A DNA stretch of 64,000 nucleotides, from assembly GCF_009914755.1 (NCBI RefSeq), contig NC_060926.1, one strand, 5' to 3'. Positions 45,080-57,499 of the stretch are shown piece after piece. The translations under genes were made by a program, and so were the position numbers. How positions within the stretch are numbered: the first letter of the stretch is position 1; each line of letters begins with the position of its first letter. The notes under the pieces were generated by a model. That model made no database searches, was not told the DNA's origin, and worked only from the letters and a program-made list of their open reading frames with translations. Origin of the DNA: the human T2T-CHM13v2.0 reference genome, Homo sapiens.

Positions 45080-48000
45080 ATTTTTTAAACTTTTATTTTA
45101 AGTTCAGGGGTACATGTGCAGGTTGGTTACATAGGTAAACATGTGTCCCGGGGGTTGATTATACAGATTGTTTTATCACCCAGGTATTAAGCCTAGTATC
45201 CATTAGTTATTTTTCCTGATCCTCTCCCTCCTCCCAACTTCCATCCTCCAATAGGCCCCAATGTATGTTGTTCTCCTCTTCATGTGTTCTTCTCATTCAG
45301 TTGCCACTTATAAGTGAGAACATGCAGTATTTGGTTTTCTACTCCTGTGTTAGTTTGCTAAGGATACTGTCCTCCATCTTTATCCATGTCTCTGCAAAGG
45401 ACATGAACTCATTTTTTATGACTACATAGTATTCCATGGTGTATATATACCACATTTTCTTTATCCAGTCTATCACTGATGGACATTTAGGTTTATTCCA
45501 TGTATTTGCTATTGTGAATAGTGTTGCAATGAACATACTTGTATATATATATTTATAATAGAATGGTTTATTTGTCTTTGGGAATATACCCAGTAATGGA
45601 ATTGCTGGGCCAAATGGTATTTCTGTCTTTAGGTCTTTGAGGAACTGCCACACTGTCTTCCACAATAGCTGAACTAATTTACACTCCCATCAACAGTGTA
45701 TAAGCATTTCTTTTTTTCCCCAACTTTGCCAACATCTGTTATTTTTTGACTTTTTAATAATAGCCATTCTGACTGGTGTGAATGGTATCTCATTGTAGTT
45801 TTGATTTGCATTTCTCTAATGATTAGTGATGTTGAGCTTTTTTTCATATGATCTGTTGGCTGCAGGCATTGCTTCTTTGAAGAGTCTGTTCATATCCTTT
45901 GCCTACCTTTTTATGGGGTTGTTTTTATGTTCTTGTAAATTTGTTTAAGTTTCTTATAGATGCTGGATATTAGTTCTTTGTTGAATACATAGTTTGCAAA
46001 AATTTTCTACCATTCTTTAGGCTGTGTACCTAGTCTGTTGATAGTTTCTTTGGCTGTGCAGAAGCTCTTTGGTTTAATTAAATCCCTCTTATCAATGTTT
46101 TGCTTTTGTTGCAATTGCTTTTGGCATCTTTATCATGAAATTTTTGCTGATGCCTATGTCCTGAATGGTGTTGCCTAGGTTGTCTTCCAGGGTTTTTATA
46201 GTTTTGGGTTTTACACTTAAGTCTTTAACCTATCTTGAGTTAATGTTTGTATGTAGTGTAAGAAAAGGGTCCAGTTTTAATCTTTTGAATATAGCTAGCC
46301 AATTACTCCAGCACCATGTATTGAATAGGGAATCCTTTCCACCTTGATTATTTTTATAAGGTTTGTCAAAGATCAGATACTTTGAACTGTGCAGTCTTAT
46401 TTGTAAGTTCTCTATTCTGTTCCATTGATCTATGTGTCTGTTTTGTACCAGGGCCATGCTGTTTTGGTTATTGCAGCCCTGTTGTATAAAGTCAGGTAGC
46501 ATGACGCCACCAGCTGTGCTGTTTTTGCTTAGAATTGCCTTGGCTATTCAGGCTCTTTTTTGGTTTCGTATGAATTTTAAAATAGTTTCTTCTAGTTTTT
46601 GGAAGAATGTCAATGGTAGTTTAATAGACATAACATTGAATTTATAAATTACTTTGGGCAGTATGGCCATTTTAGCTATATTGATTTTTATTAATCCATG
46701 AACATGGAATGTTTTTCCATTTGTTTATGTCATTTTTGATTTCTTTGAGCAGTGGTTGGTCGTTCTCCTTGTGAAGATCTTTCACCTCCCTAGTTAACTG
46801 TATTCCTAGGTATTTTATTCTTTTTGTGGGAGTTGTGAATATGAGCTCATTCCTGATTTGACTCGTGGCTTACCTGTTTTTGGTGCATAGGAATGCTAGT
46901 GATTTTGCACGTTGATTTTTTTATCCTGAGACTTTGCCGAAGCTTAAGAAGCTTTTAGGCTGAGACTATGGGGTTTTCTAGATACAGGATTATGAATTTG
47001 GGTAAATAATGACATAAAGGCAAAAGTCAAGAAGTTCTTTGGAATTAATGAGAACAAAGATTCAACATAAGAGAACCCCTGGGACACATCGAAGGCAGTA
47101 TTAACAGGGATATTTATAGCTCTACATGCCCACATCAAAAAAATAGAAAGATCTTAAGTTAACAATCTAACATCACTACTAAAAGGAATAGAGAATCAAA
47201 AACAAACAAATGCCAAAGCTTGCAGAAGACAAAACATAACCAAAATCAGAGCTGAACTGAAGGAGACAGAGACACAAAAAAATCATTCAAAAGATCAATG
47301 AATCCAGGATCTGGTTATTTGAAAAAATTAACAAAATAGATAGATTACTAGCTAGACTGATAAAGAAGAAAATAGAGAAGATTCAAATAAACACAATCAG
47401 AAAAGACAAGGGAGATATTACCATTGACTTCACAGAAATACAAGCAACCATCAGAGAATATTATGAACACCTCTATGCACAGAAACTAGAAAATCTAGAA
47501 GAGACGGATACATTCCAGAACACATACACTCTCCCAAAACTTAACCAGGAAGAAATTGATTCCCTGAACAGCCCAATAACAAGCTCTGAAATTGAGGCAA
47601 TAATAAATAGCCTACCATCCAAAAATAGCCCAGGACCAGAAAAATTCACAGCTGAATTCTCCCAGATGTACAAAGAAAAGCTGGTCCCATTCCTACTGAA
47701 ACTATTCTAAAAAAAAATTGCAGAGGAGGAAGTCCACCACAACTCATTCTATGAGACCAGCATCATCCTAATATCAAAACCTGGCAGAGATACAACAAAA
47801 AAAGAAAACTTCATGCCAAAATTCTTGATGAACATTGATGCAAAAACTTTCAACAAAATACTGGAAAGCTGAATCCAGCAGCACATCAAAAAGCTTATCC
47901 ACAACGTTCAAGTAGGCTTCTTCCCTAGGATCCAAGGTTGGTTCAATATACACAAATCAATAAATGTAATTCAGTACATAAATAGAACTAAAGACAAAAA

Positions 48001-48325
48001 CCACATGATTATCTCAATAGATGCAGAAAAGACTTTCAATAAAATTCAACATCCGTTCATTTTAAAAACTCTCAATTAACTAGGTATTGAAGGAACATAC
48101 CTCAAAATAATAAGAGCTATCTATGACAGACCCACAGCCAACATCATACTGAATTGGCAAAACTGGAAGCATTTCCCTTGAAAACTGACCCAAGACGAGG
48201 ATGCCCTCTCTCTCCACTCCTATTCAACATAGTATTGGAAGTTCTGGCAAGGGCAATCAGGCAAGTGAAATAAATAAAGGGCATCAAAATAGGAAGAGAG
48301 GAAGTGAAACTGTCCCTGTTTACAG
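45080..48325 (-). mobile_element. L1PA11-13-like LINE-1 with 5' inversion (3' part on minus 45080-46994; inverted part on plus 46992-48325)
   Basis: Plus part ends at ctgtccctgtttacag (LSLF) and minus part begins at the following ILYLENP-like codons; junction microhomology atg; degenerate TSD agtttgatt/agttttatt. Confidence 0.92.
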
Positions 48326-48809
48326 TTTTATTATTTTTTAAATAATACTTAAAACATTGGGTTTGTAAAGGTATAATATACTTAATTTGAACTCAAACTG
48401 AGTGCAAACTGATTCCAGATCTCTTAACTATTAGTTCACTGGCATTTTTCTACATTTACATTTTCTATCCTAAGATATAATTATATATAATTAAACACTA
48501 AGAATTTCTACCTAAATAAGAATACTACATGACTATATCTTTCTCTTTTTATGATTCTGATTACATCTGAAGGTTAGTGTTTGTTTGCCAGTCAATAGTT
48601 TAGGAACTTATCAAGGTATACGTTATTTATTTGTAAATAATCTCAAACAGAATTTGGACAAAATGATTAGGCAAGTAAAGTCTCTGAGAACCCAGAAGGC
48701 ATATGATAAACCCCATCATCTCAATCTTGTAGGTTTTATTACTAGGAGAATATTTATATGCTTCCTATATTCTATAGATTTATGATTGGCACATGGAGTT
48801 AATAAATTA

Positions 48810-50026
48810 TATTTATATACTGCATAGCAATATTTTGGTCATTGATGGATGGCGTATACTATGGTGGTTCCATAAGATTTTAATGGAACTGAAAAATTCC
48901 CATTGTCTAATGACATCATAGACATTGTAATGTCATAGTGCAAAGCATCATTGTTTTGATGTTGGTGTAAATGAACCTACGGCACTGCCAGTGGTACAGC
49001 ACATACAATTATGCATAGCATATAATGCTTAATAATGGTAATAAATGACGATGTTACTGATTTATGTATTTATTATACTATAGTTTTTATCAATTCAGAG
49101 TGTACTCCTTTTGCTTATATATAAAAGGAAACATTAACTGTGAAACAGCCTCAGGCAGGTCCTTCAGGAGGAATTCCAGAAGACGATATTGTTATCATAG
49201 GAGACGACAGCTCCATGTGTGTTATTGTCCCTGAAGACCTCATAATGGGACAAGATGTGGAGGTGGAAAACAGTGAAATTGATTATACTGATCCTGTGTA
49301 GGCCTAGGCTAATCTGTGTGTTTATGTCTTACGTTTTAACAACAACAACAAAAAATAGTTTAAGAGTAAAATCAAGTGAAAAGTAGTATAATAAAAATAG
49401 AAAAAAGTTTATAGAATAAGGATATAAAGACAATATTTTGTACCAGTGTATAATACGTTTGTGTTTTAAGCTAAGAATTATTACAAAAGAGTCAAAATGT
49501 TACAAAAATTAGAAAGTTTATAAGGTAAACAATTTACAATTAACTGAGGTTAATTTATTATTGAAGAAAAAAATTTTTTGTAAATTTAGTGTAGCCTAAC
49601 TGTACATAGTTTATAAAGTCTATGGTAGTGTATGGTAATGTCCTAGGCCCTCACATTCACTCATCACTCACTCACTCCCCAAGAGCAACTTCCAGTCCTG
49701 CAAGCTCCACTCATTGTACATGCCCTATACTGGTGTACTATTTTAATCTGTTATATCATATGTTTACTGCACCTTTTCTAAGCCTAGATATGTTTAGATA
49801 CACGCATACTAACACTGTGTTACAGTTGCTTACAGTATTTAGTAGTTACATGTTGTACAAGGCTGTAGCCTAGGAGCAATTATCTCTACCATATAGCTTT
49901 GATATATAGTAGGCTATACTATCTAGGTTTGGGCAAGTACACTTTATGATGTTTAAACAATGAAAAAAAATCACCTAATGATGCATTTGTTACACTGTTG
50001 TCCCATTCTTAAGCGTTGCATGACTG
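48810..50026. mobile_element. Tigger3b-like non-autonomous DNA transposon
   Basis: ggtggttccataagattttaatggaactgaaaaattcc; cagcctcaggcaggtccttcaggagg; terminus ttaagcgttgcatgactg followed by TA. Confidence 0.9.
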
Positions 50027-50592
50027 TATAGTAGCCTTAGGAAGAAAGAAGGCTATTAAGGCAGAGCTGCAATGTCTAGTTAAAAATCACAGCTCATCTT
50101 GAATGAAGCAGAGAATACTGAAAAGAAATTGAAACAGACTGACTATCCCAAGAGCTAAAATAGTCAACTAAATGAATAACAGCCTTCCATAGGGTTCGGA
50201 TGGTATATGTACATGAAGACATGGGCCAGGGTAAAGTGGAAACTTAGCATACGTCTCCAGTTTCTGCTCTCAACTCCAAGCCACAATCCCTGCCCCAGCT
50301 AATGTGGGAAAGCATGGTGTAGTTCAATATCTGGGGTTGTTATGCACACAGAGACATGAACAGGAGCAACCTCTATAAGCCAGAACGACAAAGTGGCAAA
50401 TAAAGCTGAATGTATACATGCTTTAAAAAATTATCCTGATGTGCTCTAGAAGGTAATTACCTCTACTTGTGTTAAGGGAAATTACAACACAATATAAGCA
50501 ACATAAGAAGTAAGTGCATGTCTACTAACAGCAGACACACACAAAAACAAATCCAGGAAAGAGACAATAAAATATCTTTCAAAAGTAGAATT

Positions 50593-50619
50593 CACACACA
50601 TACACACACACACACACGT

Positions 50620-50650
<31 letters not shown>
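50593..50650. repeat. Compound (CA)n(GA)n microsatellite
   Basis: Directly visible. Confidence 0.95.
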
Positions 50651-50699
50651 GGAATTTGGCAGGCTTAAAGCTATTTTGTGAATAACCCCAAAAAATGAG

Positions 50700-53220
50700 T
50701 TAAAAATATATGCATAGAATTATAGACCAAATTATTTTAGGAATGAATGTATTCTCAAAATCAGAAATTATACTGTCATACCTCATATTAACAGATTTAA
50801 AGAGCAAGACTTTAACCATCTTTTTAATAGGTAAAGCAAAATCTTTTGATAAAATTAAACAATAATCCACCATTAAACATTTTAGGAATAACTTACAAAT
50901 AATAGGATTTCTTCTTAAATGTATCTCACAGAAATCTTCAGTAATCATCATAGTTAGCAATGAGGCTTTAAATCGATTTTCTATAAATTCAAGAGCATGG
51001 CTAGAATTACTATTACCATGGCTTCTACTCAACATTGTTCAGAAAGAACTGACTAATGTAGTAACAAAGAAACAAAGAGAAAAAGAGAAGGAGGGGCAGA
51101 GGAAGAAAAAAATAAAACAAAAGATAAAATCACTAATAATTTATCACTGTTGCTTATTGGCAGGCAATATGATTGTCCACATAAAAAAATAAGGAAGCAA
51201 CTAAAGTTACCAAAGATTACGGACAGCAATTCAGCAAACAGAAATCACTATTCTCGTGGTAGTCTCATAGGCCAGGGTCCATAATCCGTGTGCCTTCATT
51301 ATCTGGGGTAGAATTCGTAGGAAGACAATGCTAAGTTTAAATTGACTCTCCAGATGCTTATGGAGACGTGTTAGTCAAGGTTGGAAGGTAGCACATGTTT
51401 TATTAAACAGTTTATTTTATAATAGGTTAATTTATGACTTTTCAATATTTAGATATGGGTTATGTGGGCCTCCATTTGTGTAATTTTCTTGGGCACAATT
51501 GTTAGGGGTGGACATATCTGTGCATTTTTCTGTCATCAGCTAATCAAAGAAAAAACATTATTATGTTTAAAATGCCAGAAAAAGTATTTGAAAAACCCAT
51601 ACAGCGTATTCCAAAAGGATAGTAATTATTAAAAGAATGAAAAGTCAGGAAATAAATTCTTTCTTTTTATTGACCACGTAATAGTTTGCTTAATAAAACC
51701 ATAAAAATTCTAGTAGAATATTGATACGTTGGCGAAGGTGTTGGATTTACATAAGTTTAATACATTTTCTCTGAATTTACAAGAACAATCCATAGATCAA
51801 TGTAAACAATTACAGGAAAAAAAAAACTGTTTAGAAAAATACATGTATACATGAAGAAAGTTTAACCATATTAGTCAAAATTTACATACAATTTTTGTGC
51901 AAATTCCATTAGAAACCTAGCAAGCCACTTATTGGGAACGGGAATTTTAAAATAATAACAACTTATAATGACAAATCACTTGTCTAAGAATGGCAAACAA
52001 TTTTTTAAAGACTCATGGTTTTCCGTATACATAAATTATATGAGGCTGCAAAAATATATGTTATTAAAACAGGAAAAGACAGATGAGGACAGAATTGAGG
52101 ACCATTGAAGAGAAGGATATATGGAGAGTAACATTTTATCTCAGTAGGAAAATGATGATTCATTTAATAAATTGTATGGAAACTTTGATTATCCATTTAG
52201 ATCCAAACAAAAAAAATTTTCTATTATTACATCACAGCATCTGTAAAAATAAATGTCCAAATGAGAAGTGTCAACGTAGAAAGTAAAATGTTCAAAATTA
52301 TTGAGAAAATTTAGAAGACTACATAAATGTGGTAAGGGTGAGAGTAATTTATACAAGAAATTAAGGATATGTAGAAAAAAACATTTGGCTATATAAAATT
52401 ATAAAATTATATATGGCTTTCAAGTTACTATTTACTTTTTATGCAAAAAGACCAACACTATATTTTAAACAATTGCAAAGCAATTCATACTATTAAGAAA
52501 AGGGTGTGTGTGTTTTCAGGCATGTGTATTAGGTCCTAAAATTAAGGAGAAAAAGGCAAACTGCATATAAAAAGTAGACAGATTTTTTTAATAGGTAAGG
52601 CAAAGAATAAAAACTTCAAATTTTCCGTAGTCAATTATCTCTAGCAGATTCAGAGAGAAGGCTATTTTCATATACATCTCATGTAGTGAGGTGATTGATT
52701 TCTATGGTATTATTTTGAAAGTAATCTGTCAATATCTCTCATATTTTAAAGTTAAAATAACCTTTGACCCAGTAATCTCACTGGTGGGAATCCCTTTTCA
52801 GAGGTTCAAGAAGTTAAAGCATGGGTAAGTATTGTTTTATGTCCAAGAATGTTCAATACAGAATTATTTGTAATGCTGCAAAAAAAGCACGCAAAAAAAA
52901 AAAACCTTGGAAACAACTTTGAATGCCTATTATTTAGAGATTAATTTGGTGAATTCATATGATAAAATAGCAGTTATTTAAAAGGTTATATTCGGCCTTC
53001 TTTAACTGATTTGGAGGAAGGTTGGGTGAGAAAATCAAGGGACAGAGAAATGCACAAAAGCATAGTCCTTTCCATGTAAATGTACGTTTTTATGTTTGTA
53101 TGAACACAGAGAAAGATGTGAAGATATCAAGCCAGATTGTTAACTTTCTCTATCTTGAAGGTAGCAAGAGACAATGGGGCGTATATACAGTTAGTAGAAA
53201 TCTAAATTCACACTTTTTTT
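50700..53220 (+). mobile_element. Ancient L1ME-like ORF2/3'UTR remnant, with possible hAT MITE pieces at about 51270-51515
   Basis: cttttgataaaattaaacaat, cttctactcaacattgttc, cctttgacccagtaatctcact. Confidence 0.55.
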
Positions 53221-54254
53221 AGGGAGTATTTTAAGAAGATATTTTTAGGGCAATAGGTAGCTATATACATCTTGACCTCAACTTCTGGGAATTTATTCAA
53301 AGTAATTAAGTGGAAAAAAAATTCATGTTTAATATTGTTTACTATGGGATAATATTACAAAAAAATAGAAAAAGACATGGCAGGAGAAGTAATTTGAGGA
53401 AGCAGCCTTGGAGGACTAAGTAAGGACACTGCAACGGTGCCAGCACCCCGTGAATTAATAACAGAGGGACTTTGTAGTGGTGTGAAAAATAGTTACCAGA
53501 AGAAAAATACTCAACATGATCAGGTTCCCAATCCAGCAGAGTATGGAATTACATTTACATTATGATAAAAAGAAGGATCATTTAAAAAACTGTTAGCAAT
53601 TGGAAGATTATGTGGAAGAATAAAAACAATTATGTTTTGGAGAAGTGGCTAAATTTTTCTTCTGTATTGTCTTTGACTGACTGAAATTTTGGAAGACAAT
53701 CGATTGAAACACTTAACAAACTTTTTTGATTGTCTGTTTTGTATTTATATTTTGCTGATATACACACTTGTGAAAATGGAATATATGGGCTCTGTCCTTA
53801 CAGGGCTTATAAAGAGAGAGCAGGTTACTTTCAAATCATTACACAGGTCACTATACCCTAACAACTGGGACAAATGCTATTGCATGAAAGCACAAGGCCC
53901 TATGAAAATGATATCAGTGGTTAAGGCCACGTTTCCAAGGAAGTGACAAAACTCGAAGTATCCCCCAGATTGTCCAGGTGCAGGGCCAGAGCTGAGGGGC
54001 CAGGAGGAGCCAAATGAAGGTAATAGTAATAGAATGAGCACATTCCAGGCAGGTTGTACAAAGACATCACAGACAGAGACAAATGAGAAAGACAGAGAAT
54101 AGGATGTTAATGAAGACGTAACTCAGTTACTAAAGAAGTCTTCAGTATGTTGTATCTTTTCTGTTTAAGAAAGCAGGAATATTATAATGTATCTTATTTA
54201 AGAGGAATTTTGGTCTAATTTGGTGGGGGTTTCTCAGGAGAGGCAGGAAGATAT

Positions 54255-54375
54255 GGCCAACTGTTTTGGTTGTAGTCAAGTTTACATCCTATTTTGCTCT
54301 AGGGTCTTGTGTAAGTTACCTCACTTATTTGTGCCTCTATTTCTTTTCTGTAAAATGAGAATGTTGTTCCCTACG
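54255..54375 (+). mobile_element. MIR fragment
   Basis: gtcttgtgtaagttacctcacttatttgtgcctctatttcttttctgtaaaatgaga. Confidence 0.7.
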
Positions 54376-54384
54376 CTCCCCCCC

Positions 54385-54690
54385 ATATATATACAGACAC
54401 ACACACACACATATGTGTGACACAAACACATATTATAGATATGTGTGTATATATATAAACACACATACACACATATACATATATCTGTTTCGTATGGGGA
54501 TGTTATATGTATAACATGTTTTATAGATATTTTATATAGGATATACCATATATGTTATATATACAATATAATATACTGTTAGAATATTATACTATATATG
54601 TGTATATATACACAAGTGCAAAGTATAACATCTTCATTTTACAGAAAAGGAATAGTTGCACAAAGTTTCATATATATGTATATATTGTTG
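54385..54690. repeat. TA/CA-rich low-complexity repeat
   Basis: Directly visible. Confidence 0.8.
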
Positions 54691-55249
54691 TAGGAGCAGA
54701 CAAACATGGATATAGCAACACACACATGTGCACACAATGTGCCTTCTTTATTCTATAAAAGAAAACCTGAACACTTCCAACTGCCTTGGTTCTCTCTTAA
54801 AAAGAATGTGCTCCAAGGTGAAGCAACTTGATAATTTTCTTTCTCTACTAATAATCAGACACCCAGTGCCAGTGGGAGGAAATTTATTGCCAAAAGTACT
54901 TTGGACCGCCCCCAGTTCCACTCCCAAACAGGCTCCTCCCATGGAGGGCCCAGACTCAGAGAGGATAGGAAATACAAACGACCAGCTTTATGCCACAGTA
55001 TTTCAATAATTACCCAATCACAGTAATTACTGTGGCAGAATCTGGGAAATAGACAAGGGGAGTCTGAGCTGCTTGGGAGTGACTCAAAGGAAGACTAAAT
55101 TGCATCACTGAGTCAATGGAGACAGGATCCTGGGGACTTAGTTAAGAGTTTACAAGCAGGGATCCCACACAGTCATCTTGAAAAGCCAAACTTCTAGAAA
55201 ATGAGTGTTTTTGTGTTCTCATGCAGAGAAAGGGAATAACACAGAGGCT

Positions 55250-55665
55250 GTGTAGTCATATGGGCAAGAGTGAAGCCTAGAAATGCCGTTAAAAGTCAAG
55301 TTTCAATATCTCTGAGAGCATCACTATTCTTCCTTGGAACATGGAGCTAGTTCCTCATGGGGCTACAACAGTCACTCTCAGTGTCCTGCCTATATTTCCT
55401 GGTCTAATTCCAGGTGAACTGCAGTTCCTGTGCACAACCATGGCTTCCTCACTGTCTCTGTGTGGGCATTCTTTGGCCAGGGAAATCTGCTTGGCCCAAA
55501 GCACAGAGAGGGAGAGCGGTGCTGGAGAATTAATTATTGGCCCTTATCTCATTCCTGCCTTGTCTCTTCATGTTCTGTCACTGTTTCCTGGGATCATTTC
55601 TCAATTGAACTATTGCACCCAAATCCTTGCCTCAAAGCCCTTTTGAGGCACAATCCAAACTAGGA
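55250..55665 (+). mobile_element. ERVL LTR16-like solo LTR (5' boundary uncertain)
   Basis: 3' end aactattgcacccaaatccttgcctcaaagcccttttgaggcacaatccaaactagga. Confidence 0.6.
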
Positions 55666-56844
55666 TTTTTTCTGAAATTAAATATTGCCCAATGCATGTG
55701 GAATGTCTAACATTATGCCTGATGTATTACACACATATTATCATTCTGTCCTCCTGGCTCTTACTGACTGCTAAGTTCTGGAATGAGGCTCCATTTGCTA
55801 ACCACAGAGGCTATGCAACCACCATCCTTAGCATCATGTGTCTTGACTCACAAGGAAGTTAGCAATAAAGAAAGAAAGAAAACAACTGTATTAACAATTC
55901 ATATTGAATCCTGCCTCTTCTATAGTAGCAGATCATCAAAATGTTAACTGGAAATGTAGCTGCCAAGTATAAACACCACATTTCCCAGTTTCCTCTTACG
56001 GGGACACACTTCCTTGCCTAGTTGGTAGGAGGGCTGTGGGGATCCTGGGGCAGGCTGCCTGGAGAGAGGCTCCCTATGCCCGGTGGTGTCTTTCTGGGCA
56101 TCAGAGCTGCCATCCCAGCCCATGAACCATTCAGTCCCTGTTTCCCCTCCTGTTTTCTGCTTTGATTCCTACTACTACTTCCTACTTTGATAGAGTCCTC
56201 TGCAGAACATGGAAAAGGATCCAAAGCAGAGGGCATCACAGATTTGTTCACTTTGCTCCACTGAAATAACTCTGGGAATGGAAAGACGGAAGTGGAAGCT
56301 ATTCATAACAATTGCTTGGGTTTCTTTGAAGTTTGATCTTGTTGTGGTTTTATTTAGCAACTCTTTGCATGAAGCACCAGAGTCAGCCCTTACACCTGGA
56401 TCTGATGTAGGAAGAGGGGAAGGAGTTAACAGTTTGTATTTCTAGGGTTATTGCACCACAATTAATTCCACAGCTAGACTGGCAAGATATTCTGGATCCA
56501 GGAAATGTGTCAGCTTTGGAAACTCATATCCTTGGGCAGGAAAAGTCAAAAACATGTACTGAGTTGTTAATGCCCCCGTGGTTTGGGAAGGATCTTGTGG
56601 ATCCCTGTATTTCCCCAATATCTGTAAAGGGTCTGAAATCTTACCATTTATAGTTTCCTCCTTATGAATCTTGAAGACTTTTTGATTTCAAAGAGGCTTG
56701 GCTAAAACATCTTTCAGCTTTCATCAGCTGGTCATTTTAGAGGGATGTCAGTCTCTGAAGGCAAAGCAGAAATGGAAGCCCAGATTATGGGGGTATAGAA
56801 GTAGAAAAACAGGCAAGATAAACTTTGTTCACCTCACAGTTTTG

Positions 56845-57163
56845 TTGAAGGCTGGATCTTGTATTAAGTTTACAATGTGATGACCTGTAAGGTATGTGGT
56901 GCTTGACGTGTAGCTTCTTGTATTCTTCAGTGGAAAGGGAAGTGCCTTATCTTTTTCTCTTTGTGGGCGTATGGTGATGTAATGATGTGCTGCAGACCAT
57001 GCAGATGAGGGCAACTCTCTAGGGTTGCTGAAGTAACACGACAGTGGAACCTGCCTCACTTGCAGTGTGGAGCTGCTACACCTGCCCTTAGCTGTTGTGC
57101 TGAGATCTTTGAGCCTCTGCTGTTTTCAGTCTCAGTGAAGCAGCTTAAATCATAACCTAAAAC
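56845..57163 (+). mobile_element. LTR33-like (ERVL) fragment; a matching 5' piece may lie at about 55935-56000
   Basis: gaccatgcagatgagggcaactctctaggg...ggagctgctacacctgccct; upstream piece accacatttcccagtttcctctt. Confidence 0.55.
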
Positions 57164-57499
57164 ATATTCATCCAAAAGTGAGAGAACATACCTGTAGATG
57201 GTCTGAGCTAACATCTATAAGCACCCCTAAATATAAAGAATATGTGGGTAAAGCCACATGAAAGAACAAAACTACAGCAATGTCAAAAACTACATGTCAT
57301 TATCGATGTATTCCACCAAGTATGACACACTAGATAGGCATTTGCCTTTTTCCCACAAAACAATGACTTACGTTTAGTTTAAAGAACTGGGGATTTCAAA
57401 CTAAGTTGTGATTTTAGTCATCGTTTTTGTTTATTAACACTTATATTCCAAATTATGTATTTACAAAGTTAAAATATTTAATCTGAAGACTCCATTACT

